Source of the DNA: Adineta vaga
Taxonomy: Eukaryota; Animalia; Rotifera
Direction of reading: 5' to 3'
Length of the DNA: 64,000 nt
Assembly (NCBI GenBank): GCA_021613535.1
Contig: CP075492.1
Span: 9,238,001-9,302,000 of the forward strand
In this document: positions 44,079 through 57,845 of the stretch, one piece after another
Layout: every line of letters begins with the position of its first letter
Numbering within the stretch: the first letter of the stretch is position 1
Position numbers and translations under genes: made by a program
Notes under the pieces: generated by a model
Database searches by the model: none
What the model was told of the DNA's origin: nothing
Seen by the model: the letters and a program-made list of their open reading frames with translations, nothing else

Positions 44079-45561
44079 ATGGCCGACAACAATGATAATT
44101 CACAAATGGATATCGACAATCTGTTAGAACGACTTCTTACAGGTCTTTTGAGATTGTAATTATATACGAAAGTGATTTTTCTTTGTAACTTCCTTTTTTA
44201 GTACGTAAATCGGAATCTCAAGGCACATCCGTTTCGTTAACCGAACAAGAAATCGATTTTTTATGTGGAAGATCAAAAGAGATCTTTTTGAGTCAACCTA
44301 TGCTTCTTGAATTGAAAGCTCCTATCAAAATTTTTGGTAATATTACTTATCATTTACGTTCTTATACTATAAACTGTCTTTGAATAGGAAATCTTCACGG
44401 ATACTATGATAGTCTTCTTCATTTTCTTGAACAGGGTGGCTGGCCCCCTGAATCGAACTACTTATTTCTCGGTAATTATGTAGACCGAGGCAAACAATCC
44501 ATCGAAGTCATATGTCTTCTCTTAGCTTATAAGGTTCGTCGATTGTTAGTAGCACTAAGATCATGTATCATATTTTTCACTTGTGCGTTAGATTAAATAT
44601 CCAAATAACATTTTCTTACTACGAGGAAATCATGAGTGTTCTTCGATCAATCGCATTTATGGATTTTATGATCAATGTAAATATGAACTAAATGATTTTT
44701 AGTCATCATCTAAGTTGATCCATCTTTATCTCTAGGTAAAAGGCAATATAATGTGAAATTATGGAAAACCTTTAATCATGTAAGACTGATTACTCTATTC
44801 TTAGAAAAATAAGACTTTTTCATTTATTATATAAGTGTTTTAACTGTCTTCCGGCGGCTGCGATCATTGGTGAAAAGATATTTTGTTGTCAAGGAGGTAC
44901 AACTCCAAGAATATTACTCACATTTGCTAGTTACTTTATCACTTTTTTCATTGAAGGCTTATCACCTGATTTTCAGAGTTTCGATCAAATTCGACAAATT
45001 CAACGACCTACTGATGTACCTGATCACGGTTAGAAACATATCTATTTCTAGTCTATTTCATTTAGTATTGTTTAGGTGTTTTGCACGCTTTGCTGTGGTC
45101 CGATCCTGATAAAGACATCAAACGTTGGAATGAAAATGATGCTTCTGTTTCCTATTGCTTTGGTGTTGAAATAGTATACGAAGTAGATAAATGAACATTT
45201 AATTGGCCTATAGTTTGTTACTCTATTCTATTATTTCAGTTTTTAAATCAACATAATTTAGACTTGATCTGTCGATCGCATCAAGTACGAAGAATCTACA
45301 ATTGCTTGAACGATCTTTGTGTTTTTTAAGATTGTCGAAAATGGTTATGAATTTTTTGCCGATCACCATCTTGTTACAATCTTTTCAGCTCCTGATTATT
45401 GTGAAGAGTATGATAACGATGGTGCAATTATGTCAGTGAATGAAAACTTAACATACTCATTTATGGTATGGGTTGCTTGATTTTTCAATTTTTTATTCTG
45501 TTAGTACGTTTTCGTTTAGGTTCTTCATTCGAAAGTGAGACGATCAAATCACATACTGTAA
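44079..45561 (+). CDS. PP1 catalytic-subunit-like protein with substituted metal ligands (candidate pseudophosphatase)
   Basis: 11 exons splice into an open frame: [107 protein letters not shown]; TAA 45559-45561. Confidence 0.9.
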
Positions 45562-45781
45562 GCTGTGGATAAGCAATAATCTTTGTTTCTTTTTTTCTTA
45601 TGATTATGATCTACAATAAATTCATATGTAAAGAGAGTAACACGTTTTTCTTATCAATTCAAACATTAGTATTGCGAAAGATGTGCGTCAATTCTTTCAC
45701 AACTCTTACGAGAAATTTCGACATAATCATTTAGACGTATATACACGAATAACATTTGCACTTTTCAATCTATCGTAAGCA

Positions 45782-46919
45782 ATGAACATTCCATATAGTC
45801 ATGACAATCATGGTATACGTATCGATCACACCACATTAACACCACGCTTTTCAGTAACTAATGAGAGTAGTCTAACTGATGGTATTACATATTTAACTGA
45901 ACACGGTTATGCAGTGTTTAGTGATGTACTTTCAACGGATGAAGTAAATAATGGTAAGGAATTATTATGGCAGTTTTTGGAAAATATTCCCGGATATGCT
46001 ATTCGACGTGATAATCCTTCATCATGGTCATCATCTTGGTAAGAACATACAAACGATTTTTTTGTTTTCAAAGTCCCCGTTTTTCTTTCTGCTATAGGCC
46101 AGGTTATAAATCTCACGGTGTTGTCAATGGTGATGGTATTGGTCAATCGGAGTTTATGTGGACTATTCGTTCTAATCGAAATGTTAAACAAGTTTATTCT
46201 CGTATATGGAATACAAATCAATTATTAGTTTCATTCGATGGTTGTGGTATCTATCGTGATTGGCGTTATAATTCGCAATGGAAAACCAAAGCAGGATGGT
46301 ATCATGTTGATCAAAATCCGGTACTCAAACCAAATCTATGTTGTTTTCAAGGTTTCGTTTCATTAACTGATCAAAATGAAACAACAGGTGGTCTCATTGT
46401 TTTTCCTCGTACACATCAACGTTTTCATCAATTGAATGGGATCAGTAATCGGCCAAGAGATTTTGTCATGGTTCCTGGTACTCATCCCATTTTAATCGAG
46501 CTCAAGCAATTGGTAAACTTGTTCAATGTCAAGCTGGTGATCTTGTTGTATGGGATAGTCGTCTTGTTCATTGTAATGCACCAGCATTTCAAACGACGGA
46601 ACTCATTGAAGATCAACCAATTGATCTGTTAAGAGCCGTAGCCTATATTAGTATGGGTCCAACGATATTCATACGTGAACATACATTAGATGAATTTCGA
46701 AAGAAACGAAAAGCATTGGTTCAAAATAATTGTACATTAAATCATTGGAGTACAGAATTAAATGAAGCTAGTAAGTTATATTTTCATCGATTATGTTACT
46801 AACTAATTCACATTTTCTCTTCCTATTCTTTAGGTTCAAGTGATGGTTTACCCAAGATATCCATGAAAAAATTCGATGCATATCAACGTGCATTAATATT
46901 AGGGACCGACATTGATTGA
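45782..46919 (+). CDS. Phytanoyl-CoA dioxygenase (PhyH)-family Fe/2OG enzyme with a one-base frameshift near 46495
   Basis: LTEHGYAV, LLVSFDG, WYHVDQN, QGFVSLTD, TGGLIVFP; continues in the -1 frame as QAGDLVVWDSRLVHCN. Introns ~46039-46097 and ~46772-46833. Confidence 0.82.
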
Positions 46920-47541
46920 AATAAAATAAAATAAAACTAATTCGTGAATATTTTGTTGTTCGTTCTAAAATAACAACGCATCCATACTGAAGAAGTGTTA
47001 GAAAAGATATTTATTCAAACTGTAGTGCCCTTTTCGACTCATTCACTAAAGAATATTTCTTGATGTTTGTTACTCTTCATAATGGAGGGTGTGATAATGT
47101 TGTACTTAGTCGAATGAAGTCAACAAAGAGAAGTAAGATATCTCGATAAGTTATTCAAAAACATATCCGACTTTAACCGCATGATTCCGCAGATTGATTT
47201 ATATTTAAGCATTTTTTACATAAGATAATAACAAATACAGGTTAGAACTAATGTCGTATGAAAAGTAGTGAAAGAATGATAAAGACGTATAGCGTATCAA
47301 CAAAACTTTTATAATTTTTGACATTTCGTAAGATTTTTCGGTTAAAATATAGAACGAACTGCGTGAAAACATTTCAAAAATATATCTTAACATTTAGATC
47401 AATTCATATACAAATTTGTTTAAATGTTTGTATTTCTCGTGCTCTAGTGTTTCAACCGGTGACGATCAGTTGTAACTTATTAGAATAGCTGATGAGACAT
47501 CGGAACAATGTAAAATGATAGATAATATATGAATTTTTTAA

Positions 47542-47795
47542 CCCTTTGTTGGCGGGCATAGTATATATACCACCTTGAATGTTTTCTCAAAATTGAAGAA
47601 TGGTATATATTCCAAATCAATCAGAAGTGAGTAGAAACAGCCTGTAGAGTACTTTCCCTGTATTGACAAAGTAATCCAGCCGGTCAAAGTTTATTATACT
47701 ATAAAACACTTTTGGTGATGCTTTTTGATTGAATAAACGTCTGTTTTCACTATTTTAAAAAACTGAACTATTTCAAAAAAACCTCCAACGAAGGG
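47542..47795. mobile_element. piggyBac-like MITE (254 bp)
   Basis: TTAA on both sides (47538-47541, 47796-47799); TIRs ccctttgttggcgg / cctccaacgaaggg (12/14 match), with CCC...GGG ends. Confidence 0.8.
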
Positions 47796-48852
47796 TTAAT
47801 AAAAAGAAGTAAAAGAAATAACTCTAACAAAGGACTTTACTATTTATTAATCGGCAGTCTTCTATATAATTTCATGATAATAGAAGGAAGTCTTTATATA
47901 GATATGAACCAGTTTCGTTTCAATAAGGTAAGAAGGGTCACATACGATGTATACACAGATGTTTTTATGTCAATACCCTAGTTGCAGTACCGGAGAAATT
48001 CTCAAATAAAATAATCTAAATTTGAAAATCTGTATGATCTACCAACCAGTAACACACTACAATAATAATAAAACTCCAGATGTTTAGATCAAAGTGATGA
48101 TTATAAAGCACCGTCTGTTTTGTCGTCAAATGATTCCAATAATCTTTAGTAAGCAACTTTCATAGAAAAATTATTTGTTGTATGTCGAGTGATGTATTAA
48201 GGTGCATATTTTCTCTTTGGTACACCACTGCCCATTGTCATCATAAAATCTATCCTAACTAACAATACAAAACCATCGTGCCAAAATTTTCTGGAGAATA
48301 CAAAAGCGTCACATGGCTATCGATACCAAGCAACTAGAAGTCGTTGCTTAGCTGTTCTTAATTCCAAACCATCAATAAACGATATTCGGTCAACAATAAA
48401 ACTATTCCTTCAGAGAAATTAGCATGTTTAGATAAAATAATACATCGAAAATAATTTTCTAGCAAATTTTCTCTCATAAGAATTCTAGAAACAATCACTA
48501 TAAAAGCCGTACTTTATTCATAAAACTAAAATTTGCGCTTGTAGTTCACTCTGTGAAAAAAAATCGATGATAAATATCTATCATTTTCAACTTAGAGCGA
48601 TTGTCGTCACTTTCGCACAAAACACCTTGTTTGTATATTTTATTGGCATTGCGTACTAATGAGAAATTCTTCCAATTAACTGCGACAATATCAGTAATGA
48701 ATAGTTCTCACGAATGTTCTGTTCACTTGTTTTTGCGAGTTGGAAGCAAAGGTAGAGAGTTAGTCATCTCATTCAACCTCTCATATTATATAAGTCATAC
48801 TTTGATAACAGTTTTGTGCATGATGTATGTTCGCCAAAAGGCTATATTCATA

Positions 48853-49787
48853 ACGGGTGTTTCATAAAGAATGGCCACATTCTGCTTTTTTGATTGCTCC
48901 ATCAATATTCATTCAATTGCGATAAACTTTTTTTTTAAAAGAAGCGCCATTTAATGTTGTACGAAATCGTGTGGAAACAAATTTTCGAAAGCGAAAGCCG
49001 AGGGTAAAACAAACGGTGAAGCAATGCCGTGTAAAAGTGTCAACTTTCCAAGCAAAATCAATTAAATTTCTACAGTGTTTTGTACTAGTGATAGCTCTAT
49101 TTCTTTCTTTCAGTTTCGTGTCTTCTCGCATTATAACGAGTACTCTTTCTGGTGCGCGTCACAAAATATGCTTCTGAGCAAGACTGGTAGAGAGCAAAAA
49201 GTAGCTTTACTTGCAGTGTTGTAAAGCTACACTAGTTTGATGTTTTACTATTAAGAAAGCCGATGTAAGTTGTGACAGAATTTAAAAAGCATGAGCATTC
49301 AATAGATGAGAGTACATGCTTCGAAATATAATAGAAGCTCACCAAAAATAAACAATTTTTAGCTGAATAAGGGGGTATGTCGTAAAGGAACAAAGACGCG
49401 AAGAATAAGTGTTAGCTTATTGAAAAACCTCCCGAAATAAAGCTCTTCACATTCTGTTCAGACGATATCCAAAAAAAAACATTCTATAAAATTTTCGATT
49501 CAGAATTTTGTGCTCTTTCTAATGATATCGTCAACATTTCCCTTAGTTGAAAGTGGGACTATGAAAATACGATCAAAGTACTTTTTTTCTTGGAAAGTTG
49601 ACACTTTTAAACGGCATTGCTTACCGTTTGTTTTACCCTCGGCTTTCGCTTTCGAAAATTTGTTTCCACACGATTTCGTACAACATTAAATGGCGCTTCT
49701 TTTAAAAAAAAAGTTTATCGCAATTGAATGAATATTGATGGAGCAATCAAAAAAGCAGAATGTGGCCATTCTTTATGAAACACCCGT
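48853..49787. mobile_element. Non-autonomous Tc1/mariner-like element with ~200-bp TIRs
   Basis: 48853-49052 is a near-perfect reverse complement of 49589-49787 (acgggtgtttcataaagaatggccaca...); TA on both flanks; no transposase in the interior. Confidence 0.9.
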
Positions 49788-51162
49788 TATTATAAAGATC
49801 AACATTCATTTTTTTTTGGATAATTAGCTTTTATTATCACAATACTTGATACTGATGAGAATGTTCAATTATGAATGTAAGATAACAACTCGACGATTGT
49901 TGATGAATTGTATATATGATAAGATTGTGTTATTCTGTTAATGACGAATTTCTTTTACCATCCTATATTTGTATCATAAAAAATAACATTGACCGGTGAT
50001 ATATACATATAAATCATATGGATTCTTTCTTTCCTTGATGTTCTAAATCAATCTTATTAGAAATGATCACTCCTCTTCGACATGTTGTACTTATTATATA
50101 ATGGATAACACAATGATGAAGTTTCTTGAGGCGATACATTTCTTGCAAAAGGCCGATCGAATATTCCAGCTGTCAATCATCGCTACTATTCTCCTATAAT
50201 GGTCTTGTTCATTTGATTCATTTGATTGCCGGTAGGCAAAATAGATCGAGAGAAAAAACAGATGTGTACATATTCAATTGTCAGAACAGGTAGAGAGAAA
50301 AAAAAGTGAATTAGCATCGTTTTTTTTTATCTCATACTATGCAGTAGTAAAGAAGAAGAAGAAGAAGAAGAGAAAAAAAAGAGTATAATCCTCTACGTGT
50401 ATATATGTATCACTAAGTGATTAGCTGTCATAGGATTTGTACAAACAAGACATTGTACGTAAGAGAGCGAGAGAAAGTTGCTTCCGCTCTTTGTGTACGT
50501 ATGAATGTATGTGTGATGTAAACGTCGAAGAATATAATGGATGAGAAGAACGCGGAAATTCGAGACGATTATCTAGATACCATCGATGGTCTATAGTAGC
50601 AGGTTTGAATTGTCTTTTTTTGACACATGAAGAGAGTAATTTCAATTGACAATCGTTTCATTTTTCTCTATTGAATAACATCAATAGGTTTTCATATTAA
50701 CTAATTGAACTTGAAAAGTATAATTTTTCGAGTGCACTTTTGATCAATTGATCATTTATATATATATATATATGTTAAAGAAATGGTGTAAGCGAAAGTC
50801 TATTATACACATATATGGCATTAAATAGGATAAATTGTATGTCTGTCTCAACGATAGAAGAGAGAAAAAAGAATTCAATCGTCTGATTCTCATCCTGTAT
50901 ACTTATACGTTCACTTGATGTGAAACAGTCACCACGTCATTGTCCAACAGAGTAACGCCCCACATACTGTTACAATTCTACGAACGGTTCTTTTTCTAAT
51001 CGTACTATTCGATCTAAACTATATCTACACAATAGAATTTTTAGATGTCGGTATGATTGACAATGACCACCTAGGCAGAGTAGATTATTCAATCGATAAA
51101 ATATATTTGTTTTATTCTAGATAATAATGTAGAGATATCAAACCGTTCCTACATGTCATGCC

Positions 51163-52838
51163 ATGTTTATTCGATTATTTTTTGTTTATTTTTTCATTCT
51201 TATCAATTCGATTCGGGCAACTTGTCCTTATATTCGTACATCAGTAATATTAGCTGAATGTGTACTTGATACAAGTCTTTATATTTCACTTGGTGCACAT
51301 ATTCTTAATTCAAGTACAATTGATTTTATTGGTCATTATTCGTTTAATAATAATCGTACAGACGATTTTCTTACTAATACACTTATTTATAATCTTAGTA
51401 ATCGTTGGGTATTACTCTTACCTTTGTTACTCAAATGTTCACATCAACCTGTTAATTTGACATTTACAGAATGTCAATACACGATGCGACAAAATAAACA
51501 TATGGGTAGATCATCTTTAATTACAGAATACATGACAACTCAATTGAGTGTTGTTAATATTACTAATCTCGGCATGCAATCTGTTCTTTATTTGCAACCA
51601 GGTTGGTATAAATCAATTGTATCAATTAAACTAATAAGCATCTGTTTCTAGGCGAAATAACTCTTCGTTCATGTAAAGCATATGATTGTTCAAAACAACT
51701 TGTCTATTTAACAGCATCGAATGAAACATTTAATTTCAATATTGATTATGAAAAACCCATCGGTCAAAAATGTCAATCAGATGAACATTGTAATAATCCA
51801 TATTCTCTAACAAATCTTATACAATGTGATTATACATTACAAACATGTCAATGTCATGATGAAAATATTACGACCATCGATATTTCAGGTGTCGGACGAG
51901 TATGTACAGATTCAATCGATCGAACTAATTGTACAAAATTTCCACAACGATGTTTACGATGGTGTAATGAAAGTAAAACATCTTATTGTATTTGTCCAAA
52001 ATATACACGTAAAGTGAGAAAAATCAATGGTATCTATGATTGTGAATTAGAACCAACAGGTATCTGTCGATTTGATGATGATTATGAAATTGGTTTTAAT
52101 ATTCGAAAATGTCCAACGGGTAGATAAAAATCTTCTTTTTTTTTCCTCGTTTGTTCATCTGATGAGAGATTTTCTTTAGGAACATTTTGTAATGGAAATC
52201 AATGTCGACCATTATCTATCGCTCGTCAAATATATGAATATTCACCGAATGAATTTATTCTTAATTCAACTTCTACTGAATTTGATTTCTCTTCTTCATC
52301 ACTAAAACCAGTTCAAGAAACAACGACAAAAAATTTCGTTCGAATTTTAGTACTTATAGCTATTGCTAGTCTTCTCTTTTTCATATTAATTATGTTTATT
52401 ATTGCAATACTTATTAAAACTCATCGTTTTCGTCTATCATCATTTTCTGAAGATAAAGTTTCTTCATCATCATTTGCACCATCAATATCGACTGCTATTT
52501 CTACTGATCTTTCGAATGAAATCTATCAATTTAAACAACCATCATCATTATCAATGGATTATTCTCGACGTTATGAACAAAATTTAACTATGAAACCAAC
52601 ATTTATTCATGGACTTGTTCCACAAGCAAATCTTTCACCACGATTCTATCGACAATATCAAGGTTTTGATCAACGACGACGTGTACCAATACAAATCGAA
52701 TCACCATCATTATCATCCATGAATCCATTCGTTGATCAAGAATTTTTAACATCGAATCGATATAATAACATGAAAACACGAACTCATCTACCGATCGTGA
52801 CACATTTACAAAATGGAGATGTTCTCATTTCAGCATAA
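51163..52838 (+). CDS. Single-pass membrane protein with Cys-rich (EGF/EB-like) extracellular modules
   Basis: Exons 51163-51601, 51652-52119, 52181-52838; signal peptide; CQSDEHC...C....KTCQC, C...C...YCIC, CPTGTFCNGNQC; TM ILVLIAIASLLFFILIMFIIAILI. Confidence 0.7.
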
Positions 52839-53038
52839 AAATAATCTCTTTGTTTTTAGTATTGTTTATTTATCAAGTTATTTACCTAATAAATCATCTC
52901 TTCAATTGTTTTAATTCACGAAAAGCAATACACACACATAGAGTCAAGGACAAAGAATGACACGAAAACACTTTTCGTTCTTTTTATGTAGTCGTTTATA
53001 TGAGTTGAGAGAAGGAAGAAAAATATATTGAAGCACAC

Positions 53039-54236
53039 ATGGACTATTCACATTACCTGAATGATTTCATATTTTTCATTATAAATGATATAAAATATAT
53101 CTTTTTACCAACAGGTTTAGCATCATTAGCTCTCTATATTCCAATTTTTCTTCTTTCCATATTTAATCGTTCAATTTTTAAAATTTCAAAATGGATTTTA
53201 ACAAGTTCAATTGTACTCTATCTTCTTCTTCTTCCGACATATTCATTCATTCGTTCTGTACCAGTATTCAACGCATGTATAGCTGGTCTTGCGATTTATT
53301 ATGCACAAAAAGTATGTGAATGGATTTTAATACGACGAAATGAATTTTCTCAATGGTCATTTTTTGATATTCAACATGAATTATTCTATTATCGTGTTTA
53401 TATTCAAGCTGTTCCTATTAAAAAATTGAAAAAAAAAGAAATCTTCTTTTCTGGACCTATACAATTCGATCAACATCTTTATTCATTAATATATCTATCA
53501 AGAAATATCATTAAATATTATCTTCTATTAGATTTGACTATTTTTCTGATCAATGAAGTTGTTCGTACCGAATTCTATGAAAAATATCTATCAATACAAA
53601 TGTTTGTTAATCTTTTAAGTGGTTGTATAGTGTATTTTTATCTTTCAATGAATTATGAAATGTTTCGACATTCACTTTGTTTACTATTCAATCGTCCATT
53701 AGCATTGATACCAGATTTGTTTCATAAACCCTATCTAGCGGTATCACCGATCGATTTCTGGTCAAGATGGCATCAAATGTAAGTATTTAGAAGAAAATAA
53801 AGTTTGTCATTTCTCGTTATTTAGCTTTAAGAATACTTGGCTTGAATTAATCTTCAAACCAACTTCAACTTTCATTCGTTATCACTTTCCTCATCTACCA
53901 AAATCTATTATTTATGGTATTTCATCAATGTGTGTTTTCTTATTTTCTGGACTTATACATGAATATTTTGTCTATATCACTTTCAATAAATTCTCTGGTG
54001 ATCAAATCAAATTTTTTCTTTATCAAGGCTTTGCAGTTGTGATTGAACATGCCTTCAAACAACAATTTCCTCATTTGTACATATGGAAACCATTCGGATT
54101 TATTCTAACATTTGTTTTTAATGGTATTATTGCTAGTTATTTTCTACAACCATGGATACCTTTTTTTCAAAGAAAACATGCATTTAAATATTCTTTAATT
54201 AACCTCGTTATACGAAATATACTTAATAAATATTGA
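53039..54236 (+). CDS. Wax-synthase-type membrane-bound O-acyltransferase (MBOAT_2)
   Basis: Multi-pass hydrophobic protein; PYLAVSPIDFWSRWHQ and FLFSGLIHEY (catalytic His), FFLYQG; one intron at 53779-53824. Confidence 0.85.
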
Positions 54237-54800
54237 TATCTCTTTATTCGATAGTTTTTATAATAATAAATACAATTCAATCTAATCTGACTTCTTTTCA
54301 TATATGTTTTAGTAACTTGTATTGATTAAATCTATTGGAAAACGACCGATTAGACAATGATCCTTGTTATAGTAATGTCGGTATTTCATCTTATCGTTAG
54401 TGGGTTTTTTTTACAGTCGACTCGAATTATGTCTGAGAAGAAGTAGAAAGGAAAAATACAACGATTGTAAATGATAAAACCAAAGATGAATCATTGATCT
54501 CGTAGGAATAGAAAGCACACATATATTTACTAGTTTCTCATGACGCGACAGAAATTATATTTAACGGTGTACATCGTATAAAAAATAAAAAATATAAATG
54601 CGTTTTATTTGTCGACCGAAAAAAACAAAGTTGAGACAGAATATCTCGAAAACACAGCAGGTAAATAAATAATGTTTTTACCTCTCTCGTTCCTCCTATG
54701 AAAACTTATTTATTCGCTGTACTGTAATTTCACCACTGAGTGACAGATAACAATAATACATTGCTTTGTTATACATTTTATTTTGGAAGAAACTTTCGAT

Positions 54801-57648
54801 ATGGCACAATGTTCGCCTGACATTTTAGGCATCGATGATCGAGAAAAACAGATGGAAATTATCAAAAATATACGCAATGAGATTAGCAAATTAGAACAGA
54901 ATAAAGAAGTAGTTGATGATAGTTTACAAGAGTTATTAAATCAACAATCTCAATTCATTGATGACGAACAACAATTTTTAACGAATTTATCCGATTTAAA
55001 AGAGGAATTTGCAACGAAAAAAACACAAACAAAATTATTGAACAAAGAAATCGATGAAGCACGAAAACAACAAGAGGAACTTTATGATCAACTATATCAA
55101 TATAACGAACTTCCTAAAGAAAAAAGTTCAACGAATGAATTTAATGTAGATTTAACTCGCAACACTATTGATGAAAGTTGTCTCGATGAACAACATCAAC
55201 TATTCCTCGAACAAGAAGAAGATATTGAAAAACAAATTGAAAACTATGAATACAAAATCAATATCTATCAAGATGATTTTGAAAATAACAAAGAAAGAAT
55301 CAAAATTCTTCAATCAAATATGGAACATCTTGAACAAGATTTAAAAGATTGTCAAAAAAAGAAAGAATTAAAAGAAAAAGAACTTTCAAAATCACGAGAA
55401 AATCTAATTGCAAAACAAAATGATCAAGAAGAACTTCGAATTCTTCGAGAAAAATTTGCTCAATTAAGTTATTCAAAAACATTACTGACAGAATTAAGTA
55501 ATGGTGAACAAAAAGATGTAGATCAAATATCAACACGTTTTAAAAGTGAATCGGAAGAAATCGATAGTCGACGAAAACTTATTGCAAATGAAATTCAATC
55601 TAAAGAAAAGGAGATTAAGAGTTTAGAAAAAGATTCGGAAAGTAGTACAACAACAACAATTGATTTTACAACAAATTTAACGGTGTTATCGTGAGTTTTG
55701 ATAGTTTGAGATGAAAAATTGAAATCTTTTCTATGATTTTAGAATTGAAGACTATCAAGATTCTCTATTAACACAAAATGAACAAGATATTCAATCTGAT
55801 TTGAATTTGATGAAAGGTGAAAAGGGCGAAATGGATGAAAGAATGAAAACAGATCAAACTAAATATAATGATCTTCAGAATGAATTGAAAAGAATTGAAA
55901 ATGCTTTGGAAAAATCAGGAAATGATCTTCAAAAACAATTAAAAACTAATCGAGACAAATTGAAAAGTCTTTCAAATGATCATCAAAAACTTTTAAAAAC
56001 TTCAGCTGAAGATACAACAAAACTACGACAAGCTATCGAAGAACCTGTAAAAGCACATTTGGACTTATGTAATTTATTAAAAAAAGAAAAAGAATCGTAT
56101 CAACAACAAGAAAAGGTTAAACATGCTGCACAAATTGCTGAACAAAATTTAAAAGCAGCAAAAGATGCCTTAGCTTCGGCTCAAGAAGCTTCTGATACAA
56201 TGGATCGATTTGTTAAAGCAAATCGAGAAGCCCAAGTTGTTGGTGATAGTACAAAAAAACGAATGCTTGTAGCACGAAAAGTTGATGTGGATAAAACCGA
56301 AAGTGATCTTAAAAGAAACCGAGAACTAGTTGAAAAACTAGAAAAAGATAATGAAACGGCAAAATCCATACGAATTCAAGCAGAAAAAAACTTGAAAGAC
56401 TTAGAAAAACAAATTCCAATTGAACAACAGAATGTTGTAAATAGCAAATCAAAATTAAATAGTAAGGAACAAGAAATCAAACAAGTTGAAGAAGAAATCA
56501 GCAAAAACCTTGTTGATATTGAAACAGCTGAACAAAATCGTGAGAAACTGAATGATGAAAAATCAGATCAATCCAATCAAATGTATTTGCATAGACGAGA
56601 AATGGAACTTGATCAACACAGATTAGGTTTTCTTTCGAACAAAATCGCACAATATGAAGACGAATTAAAAGATTTAAAGAACTTAAAAGAAGATTTGAGT
56701 ACGCAACGAAATAAAAAGCAAAAACAATATGAACAATTTATTCAATCAAAGAACACATCTACAAAGAATAAAATACGAACAATCGATTGGAGTAAAAAAA
56801 CAGAGATTCGTCGTATTGAAAATGAAATTTTCAAATTAAAAGCAAAAGATAATAAATTAAATGGAAGAAAAGAAACATTACAAAGATTATCTCGAATCAT
56901 TTTGGATAAAAATAATGATCTTAAAAAAGCTTTGCAAGATGATACGCTAGAGTTTGCAAAAATTGATAATCAAATGCAAACTCTTGAAAAGAAATTTCCA
57001 TTAATGAATATCGATATTAAATTTGCTGAGAAAAATATCGAAGCTGAAGCAGAAAACCAAACAGAACTGGAAACATATCAACGAACTCAAACAATGGAAC
57101 TCGTTTTTCGATACTATGAACTTTTAAATGCTGAATTGACTGAATATCAACTTAAAAATCTAATCGAATCAGCCAAATCTCAACTAAACAAACGCCAAGC
57201 TGATGTCGAACAATTCAAAGGCAAACTGAATAAAAATGAAGAAGAAAGTCAAAATGTTCGAACTAAAATTCGCGAACTTACACAAAACATTGATCAAGAA
57301 AATCAACCAATCAATGATATAAAGTATACAAAAGCTGAAATTGAATTTACTAAAGAAAGAATTTCAGCAATGAACAAATATATTGACCAATTGCAGGAGG
57401 AATTTATGAAAATTAAACCTGAATTGGATAAAATTTTAACTGGTCTGAAAGATATTTATGGAAAATTATGCGATTGTGCACGACAATTAGCTGATATTCT
57501 ACCAACAATCTTAGATAAACAACTTGAGATTAGTGATTTCCATCATAAAATAGCTGGAAAACAAGATAGTTATCGAAATTTTATGGAAGAACTATCGAAA
57601 TTTACAACTGATGTACACATTCATTTCTATCCAGAACCCACGTCATAG
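54801..57648 (+). CDS. Long coiled-coil protein (~930 aa) with no globular domain recognised
   Basis: Exons 54801-55690 and 55743-57648 (gtgagt...ag, phase 2); E/K/Q/L-rich heptad pattern throughout. Confidence 0.8.
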
Positions 57649-57845
57649 ACCATCGAAAACAAATAACTGACTTTGAATTTTCCTCGCACTAAAAGATATT
57701 TGTTCTACCTTCTTTCTTCTAAAATTTTATTTTTATTTTAAAAGAAAAAAGAATCTCTGTGTCTTTTTATTTGATCAAAGAAAGCTTCTTGATTAATACA
57801 AAACTAAAAGAAACACACGAATTAAAACGAAATAGTTCTGTTTGA

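Noticed and set aside
46486-46500. Programmed -1 ribosomal frameshift in the PhyH gene
   Set aside because: No X XXY YYZ heptamer in the correct frame and no evident downstream structure.
48601-49177. ORFs 48601-48867, 48913-49131 and 48971-49177 as a transposase
   Set aside because: Short, lying in or beside the TIR, with no DDE/D or HTH motifs.
54801-57648. SMC, Rad50 or myosin assignment
   Set aside because: No Walker A/B, signature motif, hinge, zinc hook or motor domain is visible.
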